A stretch of DNA of 64,000 nucleotides from positions 509-64,508 of the forward strand of contig JBGAMO010000004.1 in the NCBI GenBank assembly GCA_044222845.1, in the 5' to 3' direction. This stretch comes from Phycisphaerales bacterium (lineage in GTDB: Bacteria; Planctomycetota; Phycisphaerae; Phycisphaerales; UBA1924). Positions 1 to 8,652 of the stretch are shown here, piece after piece; the stretch's first letter is position 1, and each line of letters opens with the position of its first letter. A model generated the notes under the pieces. The model had not been told where the DNA came from. It saw nothing but the letters and a program-made list of their open reading frames with translations, and made no database searches. The translations under genes were made by a program, and so were the position numbers.

Positions 1-108
1 GCCTTCGTTCAGACCGGGCGTCGGGGCTTGGTGCTACGGGCGGTTTTGCACGTTCGGTAGCGAAGTGGTTCAGGGCGACGACATCGATGGCATGGGGACT
101 TGGAGGCC
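1..108 (-). mobile_element. 5'-end fragment of an IS5-family element (repeat family R1); the element body would lie left of the window
   Basis: nt 1-29 (gccttcgttcagaccgggcgtcgggg...) are near-identical to 2350-2378 inside the IS remnant. nt 30-108 continue like the copy at about 33110-33200. Confidence 0.4.
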
Positions 109-221
109 ACTCGCTTGGCAGCGTAAATTGCTGGAGTTGCCCGCGGAAAGAGGGGTTCTTCAACGGGCTGTTAGGGGAATCACAATTACCGTACATGGAC
201 GGAGGAATATGATCGATCCTC

Positions 222-1559
222 ATGGGGCAACCTGACAAACGGCGGCGAGTCGAAGTACCGAAAGGCGTCGCGACCGCGCTGCTTGAGCTAAGCCTTAGAC
301 GGTGTTGCGTCTGTTTTGGACTTCAAACTGGCTCGCTCGATGGTGTGGTAGATGGCCAGATTGCCCACTTGGACCGTAATCCCTCAAACAACGCCCTCGA
401 TAATCTGGCGTGGATGTGCCAGCCTCATCACGACAGGTACGATTCGAGGCCGAGCCAGACACGTGGGTTCTCCAAAGAGGAGGTCAAGTCTTATCGGGAA
501 CGCCTGTACCTTCGCAATAGGACCGATTCTCCTCAACGCAGGGGCTTGCTATTAGCGAACCGCCTCGATCCGACCGGCGTCTTGGCCGAAAGGCTCAGTG
601 CTGGACTCGTGCCGGTGGCCTCACAGCCATTGGTGTCTGAGTATTTGAGCCGACTCGACTCCTTGGTGAACGAGAATCCCGATGTTCTTGAAGCCGTAGC
701 ATCGAACCAGATGATCGTGTCCGGCGGGGAGTGCGCGTGGTTCGGTGGCGCCTGGACTCCTGTTCGGGACGTTCTACAAAGGGCCATCTCCGAATGCGGG
801 CTGGGCCGACTATCGCGACTCCCTCATCAGACATTTGAGGACGAGATAAATCCGCTGATTGCTGAACGCCATCGAGTTGTGTACCTATTTCCATTTTTCT
901 TGACTCCTTCGCGGAGACGGCTGTTTGGTGTCATTCAGTACGCGAAGCAATTCGCGGGCAGTATCATCATTCACAAGAAGCACCCTGCGTACGCGGACTG
1001 GCGAGCAAGGCGAACAAGGCCCCGTGTTCTTCAGACGGGCAGTAGTCATGTGCTGCCTGTAGCAGAGGCGAGGCGGTGGATTGATACGGCGGTCGAGCAG
1101 GCCGCAACGCGCGGTGGTTCTGTGGTGTGGTGTGCAGGCGAGAGTTTCTTTGAGATTCTCGGCTTGGTGTTAAACACACATGGGTCAGAGTCGGCCCAGA
1201 CAGCGTTGGCGCATGCTCAACGGGGGATTATTGCAAACGAGTTGCCCGACATTCTCCGTGGCCATTCTACTCCAGGTTCGCCGGAGTCTTTTAAAGTCCG
1301 CGCCAAGGATTCAATCTTCATCGTTGATCCCGCCTCGTCGTTCGACCGCAGCCTTCTCAGTGAGCTTCAATTCGATGAAATCCTTTGGGCGCACGGCATC
1401 GATATTCCAGTCGGGCTCGGCTTTTCGATGCCTGTTCTCCTGTCCTTGCTCCAGAATGATCGCTGGCAAGATATCGCGCGGACGAGCGCGGCAGCGGTCG
1501 CCAAGCTGCGAGAACCGTTGCAGAGAGTTGGCATAGCTGTGCTCGACCGGACTTCATAA
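222..1559 (+). CDS. HNH (His-Me finger) nuclease-domain protein with about 370 aa of unknown C-terminal sequence
   Basis: 445-aa ORF. The N-terminus reads CCVC...IAHLDRNPSNNALDNLAWMCQPHHDRYD (Cys pair, His, Asn, His-His), which is an HNH signature. I recognise no motif in the rest. GC is visibly lower than the flanks. Confidence 0.6.
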   Translation: MGQPDKRRRVEVPKGVATALLELSLRRCCVCFGLQTGSLDGVVDGQIAHLDRNPSNNALDNLAWMCQPHHDRYDSRPSQTRGFSKEEVKSYRERLYLRNRTDSPQRRGLLLANRLDPTGVLAERLSAGLVPVASQPLVSEYLSRLDSLVNENPDVLEAVASNQMIVSGGECAWFGGAWTPVRDVLQRAISECGLGRLSRLPHQTFEDEINPLIAERHRVVYLFPFFLTPSRRRLFGVIQYAKQFAGSIIIHKKHPAYADWRARRTRPRVLQTGSSHVLPVAEARRWIDTAVEQAATRGGSVVWCAGESFFEILGLVLNTHGSESAQTALAHAQRGIIANELPDILRGHSTPGSPESFKVRAKDSIFIVDPASSFDRSLLSELQFDEILWAHGIDIPVGLGFSMPVLLSLLQNDRWQDIARTSAAAVAKLREPLQRVGIAVLDRTS

Positions 1560-1694
1560 TGCTTGAGCATGACGGCGGCATGTGCCGCCTTGGTTGCGTT
1601 TCGGCTTTGGCATGTGTGCATTCCGCACACCAAACACCGCGTCGGTCAACGCGGCGAGGTTAGTTAGTTGTCATCGGACCACTTACAACCATTT

Positions 1695-2385
1695 TCAAAA
1701 TGACCTCATGAGGCGTTTGTAACAAATCAGCGCACACCCCAGGGACAGCAGCGACTCGTGGGTGTCATCACGGCGTTCATAGCGGACGCGGAAGCGGCGG
1801 TATTGGCGCAGCCAGGCGATACTCCGCTCGACCACCCAACGGAAGATCCCCGGATGGCGGTCGTCATCGGTGCCGCGCTCGGGTAGCCACGCCTGGATGC
1901 CGCGGACGCTCAACAGGACCACATTCGAGTTCCACGTGCATGCCTTGTCGGCCACCGCCTCTTCGGGCCGGAACAACGGCGCTCCGACCTTGCCCCTGAT
2001 CTTGGGGATCGCGTCGATCAGCGGGATGAGGTACTTGCCATCGGGTCGGTTGGCGCCGGAGACGGCGGCCGAGAGCGGCGTGCCTTCCGCGTCCGTGCTG
2101 AGGTGGTGCTTGCTGCCCGGTTTGCGTCGATCCGTGGGGTCCGGTCCCGTTTTTCCCCGCGCCCACGGCGCCGACCGTGCCGGAATCCACCGCGACCATC
2201 GACAGTTCAAGCGCATCGCGGCTCCGCAGCCACCCGAGCATCACGGAGCGGATCTTCTGCCAGATGCCCGCGGGCGACCAGTCTCGCAGCCTTCGCCAGC
2301 ATGAGGGGTGTGCGGTGTTGCTGCGGGCGTTCCCGCTCTTCACCGCGCCAAGCCTTCGTTCAAACCGGGCGTCGGGGGATGCGCT
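1695..2385 (-). mobile_element. IS5-family (IS427/IS1031-type DDE) transposase remnant, frameshifted and 5'-truncated
   Basis: Two overlapping minus-strand ORFs (1695-2216 and 1864-2343) must be joined to give one protein. It reads WRRLRDWSPAGIWQKI...AVDSGTV, then a frame break near 2170-2200, then ARGKTGPDPTDRRKPGSKHHL...LIPLIDAIP...FRWVVERSIAWLRQYRRFRVRYERR. This is the conserved motif order of IS5-family DDE transposases. The N-terminal HTH part is missing. Confidence 0.75.
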
Positions 2386-2648
2386 GCTGTGTCACACGTT
2401 ACAGGACATCATTTCCCACATCACCCCCTGCACGCGAACCGCTACGCTCATTCCCATGGAGAGAGACCCTACCGGTATTCTTGCGCACGTGTGTGTTCTC
2501 GCGGCCTGCTGCGCAGGGGCGAGCGCGGAGGTCTGGGCGCCGCAGAGCTTTGTGCTCTTCCCCCGCAGCGCGCCCTGGCCGAGACGTTCGGGCAGGCGGT
2601 GAGCACGAACGGGTACGCCGCGGCGGTGGAAGCCTTTAGGCACGGGGC

Positions 2649-3518
2649 GTGGCGCGGTACGCGCCGGGGGTGGGGTTCCAGAACCTGGGGCGGCCGGGGT
2701 CGAACACTGGGGTGTTCGGGGTGAACTCGCGCGGGGTGGTGGTGGGCGCGGTGACGGGGATCGTGCGTGCGGCGTACCGCTACGACGATGGCGTGGGGTT
2801 CTCGAGCGTGGCCACGGGTACGTTCAGCGCGGGGGCGTACGCCATCAGCGACAGCGGGTTCATCACCGGCGAGACCGATTCACGGGCGTTCATCTATTCG
2901 CCCGGGCAGGGCGTGACGTACCTGGGAAGCGGCGCGAGCGTGGGGTACGCGGTGAACGAGTCGGGGCAGGTGGCGGGGTTCGGCGTGGTGAACTCGCGCG
3001 ACCGGGCGTTTGTGTACACGCCGGGGGGCGGGGTGCAGTATCTCTCGGTGCCGGGGGCGGGGCATTCCTACGGCCGCGGCATCAACGACGCGGGGCAGGT
3101 GCTGCTGGATTCGCTCACGGGCGGGCTGGGCGCGAACGGCGCGTACGTGTACACGCCGGGTTCGGGCTATGCGCTGCTGGCGCGGACGGCCAACGTGCAG
3201 TCGCGGATGCACGACATCAACAACCGCGGCTGGGTGGTGGGCGACCTTGACGAGGGGGGCATGCTCTGGCTGCCGGGCGAGGCGCTGCCCATCAACCTCA
3301 CCAACTACGTGCGGCAGTACTTTGGCCCCACGTACACCATCACCAACGCCAACGCGGTGAACGAGGTGGGGCAGATCGTGGGCACCGCGACCGACGCCAC
3401 GGGCCGCTCGGCGGGGTTCATCCTGACGATCCCCGGGCCGGGAACGGCGTGGGTGGCGGGCGTCGCGGCGTTGGGAGTGAGGGTCCGGCGGCGGCGCACC
3501 GCCGCGCCGTTGAGGTAG
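2649..3518 (+). CDS. HAF-family extracellular repeat protein with PEP-CTERM-like C-terminal anchor; N-terminus probably disrupted
   Basis: Repeats of the type GVNSRGVVVG / AISDSGFITG / AVNESGQVAG / GINDAGQVL / DINNRGWVVG / AVNEVGQIVG, each followed by AFxYTPG. The C-terminus IPGPGTAWVAGVAALGVRVRRRR is Pro-rich, then TM, then basic. The ORF has a GTG start and no signal peptide in frame. Confidence 0.65.
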   Translation: MARYAPGVGFQNLGRPGSNTGVFGVNSRGVVVGAVTGIVRAAYRYDDGVGFSSVATGTFSAGAYAISDSGFITGETDSRAFIYSPGQGVTYLGSGASVGYAVNESGQVAGFGVVNSRDRAFVYTPGGGVQYLSVPGAGHSYGRGINDAGQVLLDSLTGGLGANGAYVYTPGSGYALLARTANVQSRMHDINNRGWVVGDLDEGGMLWLPGEALPINLTNYVRQYFGPTYTITNANAVNEVGQIVGTATDATGRSAGFILTIPGPGTAWVAGVAALGVRVRRRRTAAPLR

Positions 3519-3773
3519 TTGTTCTCTATGGAGTTGGGGGCGCCTCGCGCAACAATCAACCTGTTCGCGAGAAGGCGAAGCCTGACATAGGCAGGCCGGT
3601 GCAACACCGCCGCGTCGTTCACCGATGACGCCGAGCGCTCTCCGCACCCCAGAAGGGCGCGGGGCGACCGGCGCCGGGGCGATGGCGGGTGTGTGCGGCG
3701 CGCTCCCGTGGGGGCGGCGTGCCCGAAGTTTCATCCTGAGTCACACGATTCCACGAGAGAAAGGCAAGAAGAG

Positions 3774-4523
3774 ATGAGAGCCATGAACATCGGCGTGGTG
3801 GCGCTATCGGCGGTGGGCAGTGTGCAGGCGAACGCGACGATCCTTGGATCGGCGCAGAGCTTCGCGGTGATGGGCGGTTCGACCGTGACCAACACCGGGC
3901 CGACCCTGATCGACGGCGACCTGGGCGTGTGGCCGGGGCTGGCGGTGACGGGCTTCCCGCCGGGGAACATGTCTTCCGGCACGATGCAGGCGGGCAACGC
4001 GGTGGCGCAGCAGGCCCAGAGCGACATGACCACGGCGTACAACGCGCTGGCGGGGATGGCGGTCTCGGCGGACCTGACGGGCCAGGACCTGGGCGGGATG
4101 ATGCTCTTCCCGGGCGTGTACTTCTTCTCATCCTCGGCGCAGTTGACGGGCAGGCTGCACCTCAACGCGCAGGGGAACTCGGACGCGATCTTCGTCTTCC
4201 AGATCGCCAGCACGCTGACCACGGCGAGCGACGCCTCGGTGCTGCTGAGCGGCGGGGCGGACGGGTGCAACGTCTACTGGCAGGTGGGCAGCTCGGCCAC
4301 GCTGGGCACGGACACGCAGTTCACCGGGAACATCCTCGCGCTGGCGAGCATCACGCTCAACACGGGCGCGGACATTGTGGAGGGGCGCGCGCTGGCCCGC
4401 AACGGCGCGGTGACCATGGACAACAACACCATCAGTTCAATCTGCATCCCGGCGCCGGCGGCTTCGCTGCTGCTGGGCTCGGGGCTGTTCTTCGCGGCGG
4501 GGCTGAGGAAGCGGGCCGAGTGA
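3774..4523 (+). CDS. ice-binding-like (DUF3494) family protein with PEP-CTERM anchor
   Basis: Start chosen at the internal ATG 3774, which follows gagaaagg. Signal peptide MRAMNIGVVALSAVGSVQA. The body reads ILGSAQSFAVMGGSTVTNTGPTLIDGDLGVWPG...GNILALASITLNTGA..GRALARNGAVTMDNN, typical of DUF3494. The C-terminus is IPAPAASLLLGSGLFFAAGLRKRAE. Confidence 0.8.
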   Translation: MRAMNIGVVALSAVGSVQANATILGSAQSFAVMGGSTVTNTGPTLIDGDLGVWPGLAVTGFPPGNMSSGTMQAGNAVAQQAQSDMTTAYNALAGMAVSADLTGQDLGGMMLFPGVYFFSSSAQLTGRLHLNAQGNSDAIFVFQIASTLTTASDASVLLSGGADGCNVYWQVGSSATLGTDTQFTGNILALASITLNTGADIVEGRALARNGAVTMDNNTISSICIPAPAASLLLGSGLFFAAGLRKRAE

Positions 4524-4674
4524 ACACCAAGTCGCGCGAGGCCGACCCGGATGGAGAAACGCATGGATTCACCTGCGAGGAAGCCCGCGGAGATTGGGAT
4601 GCGCCGCGGCGGCATGGGCGGTTCAAGACGGATCCCGGGCCGATTGCCCGAACACTATTCATGGAGGCACAATC

Positions 4675-4854
4675 ATGCTTCGCTGGGCCCTGACATTTCT
4701 GGTGCTCGCACTCATCGCCGCTCTTTTCGGGTTCACCAACATCGCCGGTGATGCGATGTACATCGCCAGGATTCTGTTCTTCATCTTCATCGTGGTGTTC
4801 CTGGTGAGCCTGGTCTTCAGCCTGGTGACGGGCAAGCGGCCCGCCGGGTTGTGA
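4675..4854 (+). CDS. DUF1328/UPF0391 small membrane protein
   Basis: MLRWALTFLVLALIAALFGFTNIAGDAMYIARILFFIFIVVFLVSLV matches the UPF0391 pattern. A ggagg Shine-Dalgarno lies 7 nt upstream of ATG 4675. Confidence 0.8.
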   Translation: MLRWALTFLVLALIAALFGFTNIAGDAMYIARILFFIFIVVFLVSLVFSLVTGKRPAGL

Positions 4855-4979
4855 AACGATTTTTCAGGAGCGTGGTGCCGCGGAGGAGCGGCGCCGCGTT
4901 CTATTTCCCGCGGCCGCCGGGATCGAGAGTTCCCTCCGGCTGATTCGAGAGTCTGGAACCACTTCACAGGAGCAGTCGA

Positions 4980-5132
4980 ATGAAAAACCTCTTCAAGATC
5001 GCGTTCGCGTTGACGTTGTGCGTCGTGTTCATCAGCCTGGCGGCGTGCAACACGACCAAGGGCTTCGGCACGGACATCGAGAAGGCCGGGGCGGGCATGA
5101 AGAACTCGGCGGAGCGCAACGGGGCCCAGTAA
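4980..5132 (+). CDS. entericidin A/B-family small lipoprotein (50 aa, below the ORF-track cut-off)
   Basis: Read directly from the sequence: MKNLFKIAFALTLCVVFISLAACNTTKGFGTDIEKAGAGMKNSAERNGAQ*. The lipobox is LAAC, followed by the NT.KG.G.D.EKAG entericidin-like motif. aggag lies 7 nt upstream. Confidence 0.7.
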   Translation: MKNLFKIAFALTLCVVFISLAACNTTKGFGTDIEKAGAGMKNSAERNGAQ

Positions 5133-5174
5133 CGGGCGGGCCGGGCGGGCGCGGCGGTGGTTTGATACCTTTGG

Positions 5175-5870
5175 ATGGTTGTCGCCGCCCCCCCGATGAA
5201 CTGGTCCGCGCTCATCCTCAGCCTTGAACTCGCGTGCGCGACGGCGTGCGCGCTGCTGGTGGCGGGGTTGCCGCTGGCGTGGTGGATCGCGACGACGCGG
5301 AGCCGCGTGCGGGGCGTGGTGGAGGCGGTCGTGACATTGCCGGTGATTCTGCCGCCCACGGTGGTGGGTTTTTATCTATTAATACTGCTGGGGCCCAAAG
5401 GCCCGGTGGGGAGCGTGGTGCAGAGCGCGCTGGGCGTGACGATCCCGTTCTCGTTCGGCGGATTGCTGATCGCGTCGGTGCTGTTCAACCTGCCGTTCGC
5501 GCTGCGGCCGTTCATCGCGGCGCTGGGCGCGGTGGATCGGCGGCTGATCGAGGCCTCGTGGTGCCTGGGGGAATCAGCGTTCATGACGTTTTGGCGGGTG
5601 GCGCTGCCGCTGGCGTGGCCGGGGATCGTGGGCGGCACGGTGCTGGCGTTCGCGCACACGATGGGCGAGTTCGGCGTGGTGCTGCTGATGGGCGGGAACA
5701 TCCCGGGCAGGACGCGGACGATCGCGGTGGATATCTACGACAAGGTGCAGGCGATGGACTACGCGGGGGCGCACCGCAGCGCGGCGGTGCTGCTGGGGAT
5801 CTGCTTTCTGGCGCTGGCGGTGGTGTTCGCGTGCCAGCGGCAGAACGCGGCGCGGGGGGCGTCGCGGTGA
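5175..5870 (+). CDS. modB: molybdate ABC transporter permease
   Basis: Multi-TM ORF. Contains LPVILPPTVVGFYLL and the EAS..LG...F..V.LPLA.PGI permease (EAA-loop) motif, followed by GEFG..LM.GGNIPG.T, typical of ModB/CysTW. Confidence 0.85.
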   Translation: MVVAAPPMNWSALILSLELACATACALLVAGLPLAWWIATTRSRVRGVVEAVVTLPVILPPTVVGFYLLILLGPKGPVGSVVQSALGVTIPFSFGGLLIASVLFNLPFALRPFIAALGAVDRRLIEASWCLGESAFMTFWRVALPLAWPGIVGGTVLAFAHTMGEFGVVLLMGGNIPGRTRTIAVDIYDKVQAMDYAGAHRSAAVLLGICFLALAVVFACQRQNAARGASR

Positions 5871-6508
5871 GCGTGTCTCCCCAATCGCTCGCGGCGGATG
5901 TGGCGCACGAGTTCCCGGGCGGATTCTCGCTCAAGGTGTCGCTGCGCGTTGAAGAGGGCGTGTGCGTGCTGCTGGGAAGGTCCGGCAGCGGCAAGACGAC
6001 GCTGCTGCGGTGCATCGCGGGGCTGGAGACGCCCACGCGGGGGCGGATCGCGCTGGGGGACAGCGTCTGGTTTGATTCGCGGGCGAAGATCAACGTGCCC
6101 ACGCGGGAGCGCGGGGTGGGGATGGTGTTTCAGGATTACGCGCTGTTCCCGCACCTGACGGCGGCGGAGAATATCGCGTTCGGGCTGCGCCGCTGGGGAG
6201 CGAAGGAGAGAGCGGATCGGGTGGAGGAGTTGCTGCTGGCGTTCGGGCTGGGGCACGCGCGGGCAAGGCGGCCGCGGCGGCTTTCCGGGGGTGAGCAGCA
6301 GCGGGTGGCGTTGGCGCGGGCGCTGGCGCCGCGGCCGGGGTTGTTGCTTCTGGATGAACCGCTGGCGGCGCTGGATGCGCCGCTGCGGGCGAGCGTGCGG
6401 GGGTTCATCGCGTCGGCGGTGCGTGACGCGGGCGTGCCGGCGGTGATCGTGACGCACGACCCGGAGGACGCGGCGGCGCTGGGGGGCCGGCGCATCACGC
6501 TGGAGTGA
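5867..6508 (+). CDS. modC: ABC transporter ATP-binding protein, ModC-like but without a C-terminal TOBE/Mop domain
   Basis: GTG 5867 overlaps the modB stop (GTGA). Walker A is GRSGSGKTT, the signature is LSGGEQQRVALARAL and Walker B is LLLLDEP. Only the last 214 codons of track ORF 5234-6508 are credible. Confidence 0.8.
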   Translation: MSVSPQSLAADVAHEFPGGFSLKVSLRVEEGVCVLLGRSGSGKTTLLRCIAGLETPTRGRIALGDSVWFDSRAKINVPTRERGVGMVFQDYALFPHLTAAENIAFGLRRWGAKERADRVEELLLAFGLGHARARRPRRLSGGEQQRVALARALAPRPGLLLLDEPLAALDAPLRASVRGFIASAVRDAGVPAVIVTHDPEDAAALGGRRITLE

Positions 6509-6701
6509 CGCGAGGAATATTGACAGTTTTCGTGAAAGGAACCTTGGCGCTCCGCGAAGTATGAGTGTGGCCCGGCGTCGGGATTTTTGGAACCGACGCA
6601 TTTAGAGGGCCGCGTTCGTTGAACAACAGCACGACAGATCGGACCGGCGGGTGTGTGGCCCGCCGCCGGGGTGCCGTGCGCCTCAATCTTGGGAGCATGC
6701 G

Positions 6702-7847
6702 ATGAACAGGAATCTGGTGCGGTATCTGGTGTCGGGTCTGGCGGTGAGCGTCTCGTGCGTAGCGTGGGCGACGGGGCCCAAGGCGTACGTGATCACGGGG
6801 TACAACAAGGACGCGGACGACAAGGCGTGGCACGACAAGATCGCGGCGGAGGCCAAGAGCGATCTGGAGGCCGCGGGGTACAAGGTGACGCTGATCACCG
6901 AGGGGACCAAGGAGCAGTTCAAGAACGCGGTGGCGGACCCGGACGGCAAGGCGCTGGTGTTCATCGACCATGGGACGACGGGCACTGCGCGCGTGCGGCA
7001 CAAGGACGGGGCGGACGGCGCGGCGATGCGGAGCACGGCGGAGCAGTTCCGCGGGCCGTTCAACAACTACAAGGCGGTGACGATCCACGCGTGCGACCAG
7101 GACCAGGAGGCGTGGAAGGCGCTCTTCCCCAACGCGGACTTCCACTCGTGGGGCGGGTGTATCTATCCGAGCGACGAGCTGGAGTGGCAGAAGAAGAAGA
7201 CGTACAACCGGGTGACCGATCCGCCGCAGAACGATCCGCCGGGCGCGATCAACGGGGCGCTGCAGGAGGATCAGTTCACGACCGACGGCGGGGTGCAGGT
7301 GCCCAGCGGGTCGATCTCGGGGAACTGGCCGATGTCGCCGCCGCTGGCGGGGGCGTTCGGGAACATGGCGTACAACTTCTTCGTGATCGGCCAGCCGCCG
7401 AGTTCGAACGACTGCCTGTTCAGCGCGCGGGTGTCGGGCGGGGTGATCGTGGACAACAAGCCGGGCACGACGCGGCCGGACGCGGACTTCAACTGGTACA
7501 TGCCGGCGTTCATGTGGGAGCAGGCGCGGCGGTTCCCGGAAATCATGGCGCAGCCGGGCATCCTGGGCGGGGTCGTGCAGATCCAGCCGATGCACGCGGG
7601 GGTGGACCCGATCGTGGCGTTCCAGGGGGTGGTTCGGAATGTGTTCCGCATCGGGGATGAGGGGCCGGCGTGCAGCCCGTGCCCGGCGGACTTCAACCAG
7701 GACGGCGGCATTGATGGTTCGGATGTGGGCGCGTTCTTCGGCGAGTGGGAGGCCGCGGCGGGGTGCGCGGACGTGAACCAGGACGGCGGGGTGGACGGCG
7801 GGGATGTGGAGTACTTCTTCTCCTTGTGGCAGGCGGGGGGATGCTGA
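6702..7847 (+). CDS. secreted protein with C-terminal tandem EF-hand/dockerin-like module ending ...WQAGGC (GC-type dockerin-like)
   Basis: Internal ATG 6702 follows gggag. Signal peptide MNRNLVRYLVSGLAVSVSCVAWA. The C-terminus reads DFNQDGGIDGSDVGAFFGEWE...DVNQDGGVDGGDVEYFFSLWQAGGC*. Confidence 0.7.
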   Translation: MNRNLVRYLVSGLAVSVSCVAWATGPKAYVITGYNKDADDKAWHDKIAAEAKSDLEAAGYKVTLITEGTKEQFKNAVADPDGKALVFIDHGTTGTARVRHKDGADGAAMRSTAEQFRGPFNNYKAVTIHACDQDQEAWKALFPNADFHSWGGCIYPSDELEWQKKKTYNRVTDPPQNDPPGAINGALQEDQFTTDGGVQVPSGSISGNWPMSPPLAGAFGNMAYNFFVIGQPPSSNDCLFSARVSGGVIVDNKPGTTRPDADFNWYMPAFMWEQARRFPEIMAQPGILGGVVQIQPMHAGVDPIVAFQGVVRNVFRIGDEGPACSPCPADFNQDGGIDGSDVGAFFGEWEAAAGCADVNQDGGVDGGDVEYFFSLWQAGGC

Positions 7848-7877
7848 GAAGGGATGGACTGCACTCTCTCTTTCTGA

Positions 7878-7911
7878 CGGCGGGGCGGCTCTTGGGGCTG
7901 CCCCGCCGTTT
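7878..7911 (+). terminator. candidate intrinsic terminator after 6702-7847
   Basis: cggcggggcggct / cttgg / ggctgccccgccg followed by ttt. The stem is imperfect (two mismatched positions near the loop) and the U-tract is short. Confidence 0.35.
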
Positions 7912-8119
7912 GCGTGGAAAGGCGAGGATTGGGATGGGGCGGGGCCCTACACTTTGCCCCCTACAGGGGGATCCGCGGCGGTGGTGCCGACGGCGGGTGA
8001 GGTCGGCCCGAATCATGGCAACTCGACCAGTCGGTGGGAACCAAACGCCCGAAAGCGGCGGATGGATGACACACACACGTTGACCGGGGATTTCCCCCCG
8101 GCACAGTAAGGAACGCACA

Positions 8120-8452
8120 ATGTCCGAGAATCAACCCGCACAGGGCGACCAGCGTCAGATCCAGCTCCGCATCGACGAGAGCAAGATGTCGACGACGTAC
8201 GCCAACACCATCCGCACCTCGACCACGCAGGACGAAGTCGTCCTGGACTTCGGGATCAACCTCCCGGTGCCCGGGCAGGACAACCAGCCGGTGCTGGTGT
8301 TCGCGGTGGGCAGCCGCGTGGTGATGAACTGGGCGGGCGCGAAGCGTCTGGCGATCAGCCTCGGGCAGGTGGTTCGCCAGTACGAGGAGCGGGCCGGCGA
8401 GATCAACATCGGCCAGAAGGGCGGCTCGGGCGGTCCTCGGCTGGCGCAGTAA
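8120..8452 (+). CDS. DUF3467 domain-containing protein
   Basis: 110-aa ORF. TYANTIRTSTTQDEVVLDFG...VVMNWAGAKRLAISLGQVVRQYE matches the DUF3467 pattern. aaggaa lies upstream of the ATG. Confidence 0.75.
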   Translation: MSENQPAQGDQRQIQLRIDESKMSTTYANTIRTSTTQDEVVLDFGINLPVPGQDNQPVLVFAVGSRVVMNWAGAKRLAISLGQVVRQYEERAGEINIGQKGGSGGPRLAQ

Positions 8453-8476
8453 TAGTCCAATAAGTTTGGGATCGTG

Positions 8477-8511
8477 CACGGGCTGGCCTTCGGGCTAGCC
8501 CGTGTTTTTTT
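8477..8511 (+). terminator. rho-independent terminator
   Basis: cacgggctggcc / ttcg / ggctagcccgtg followed by ttttttt. The stem is 12 bp with one mismatch. Confidence 0.8.
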
Positions 8512-8652
8512 GCGCACCGAGAAACTCGCTCTTGTCAGGGGTTGAACTTCTTGTAGCGGCTCGCGAGTTCACCTATGGTGGCTCGATCAATCCGCCGGAC
8601 ATTGACGACATGAATTTCGCTGCTTACTGCATCGCGCGAGGGATACAATTCG

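Noticed and set aside
4855-5174. Possible Moco or molybdate riboswitch, or regulatory RNA, upstream of modB.
   Set aside because: The interval is largely occupied by the entericidin-like small ORF. I could not recognise the conserved Moco-riboswitch helices by eye, and a covariance-model scan (Rfam RF01055) would be needed to exclude it.
5234-6508. 424-aa ORF spanning modB and modC. Likewise the N-terminally over-extended track ORFs 23871-26153, 34871-36928, 36958-38211, 51848-53944, 49963-51372, 59421-60635 and 60127-61425.
   Set aside because: Only the C-terminal parts carry family motifs and protein-like composition. The upstream parts are Arg/Gly/Pro-rich read-through of neighbouring genes or intergenic DNA. 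I re-set the starts to internal ATG/GTG codons, several of which have Shine-Dalgarno-like purine runs.
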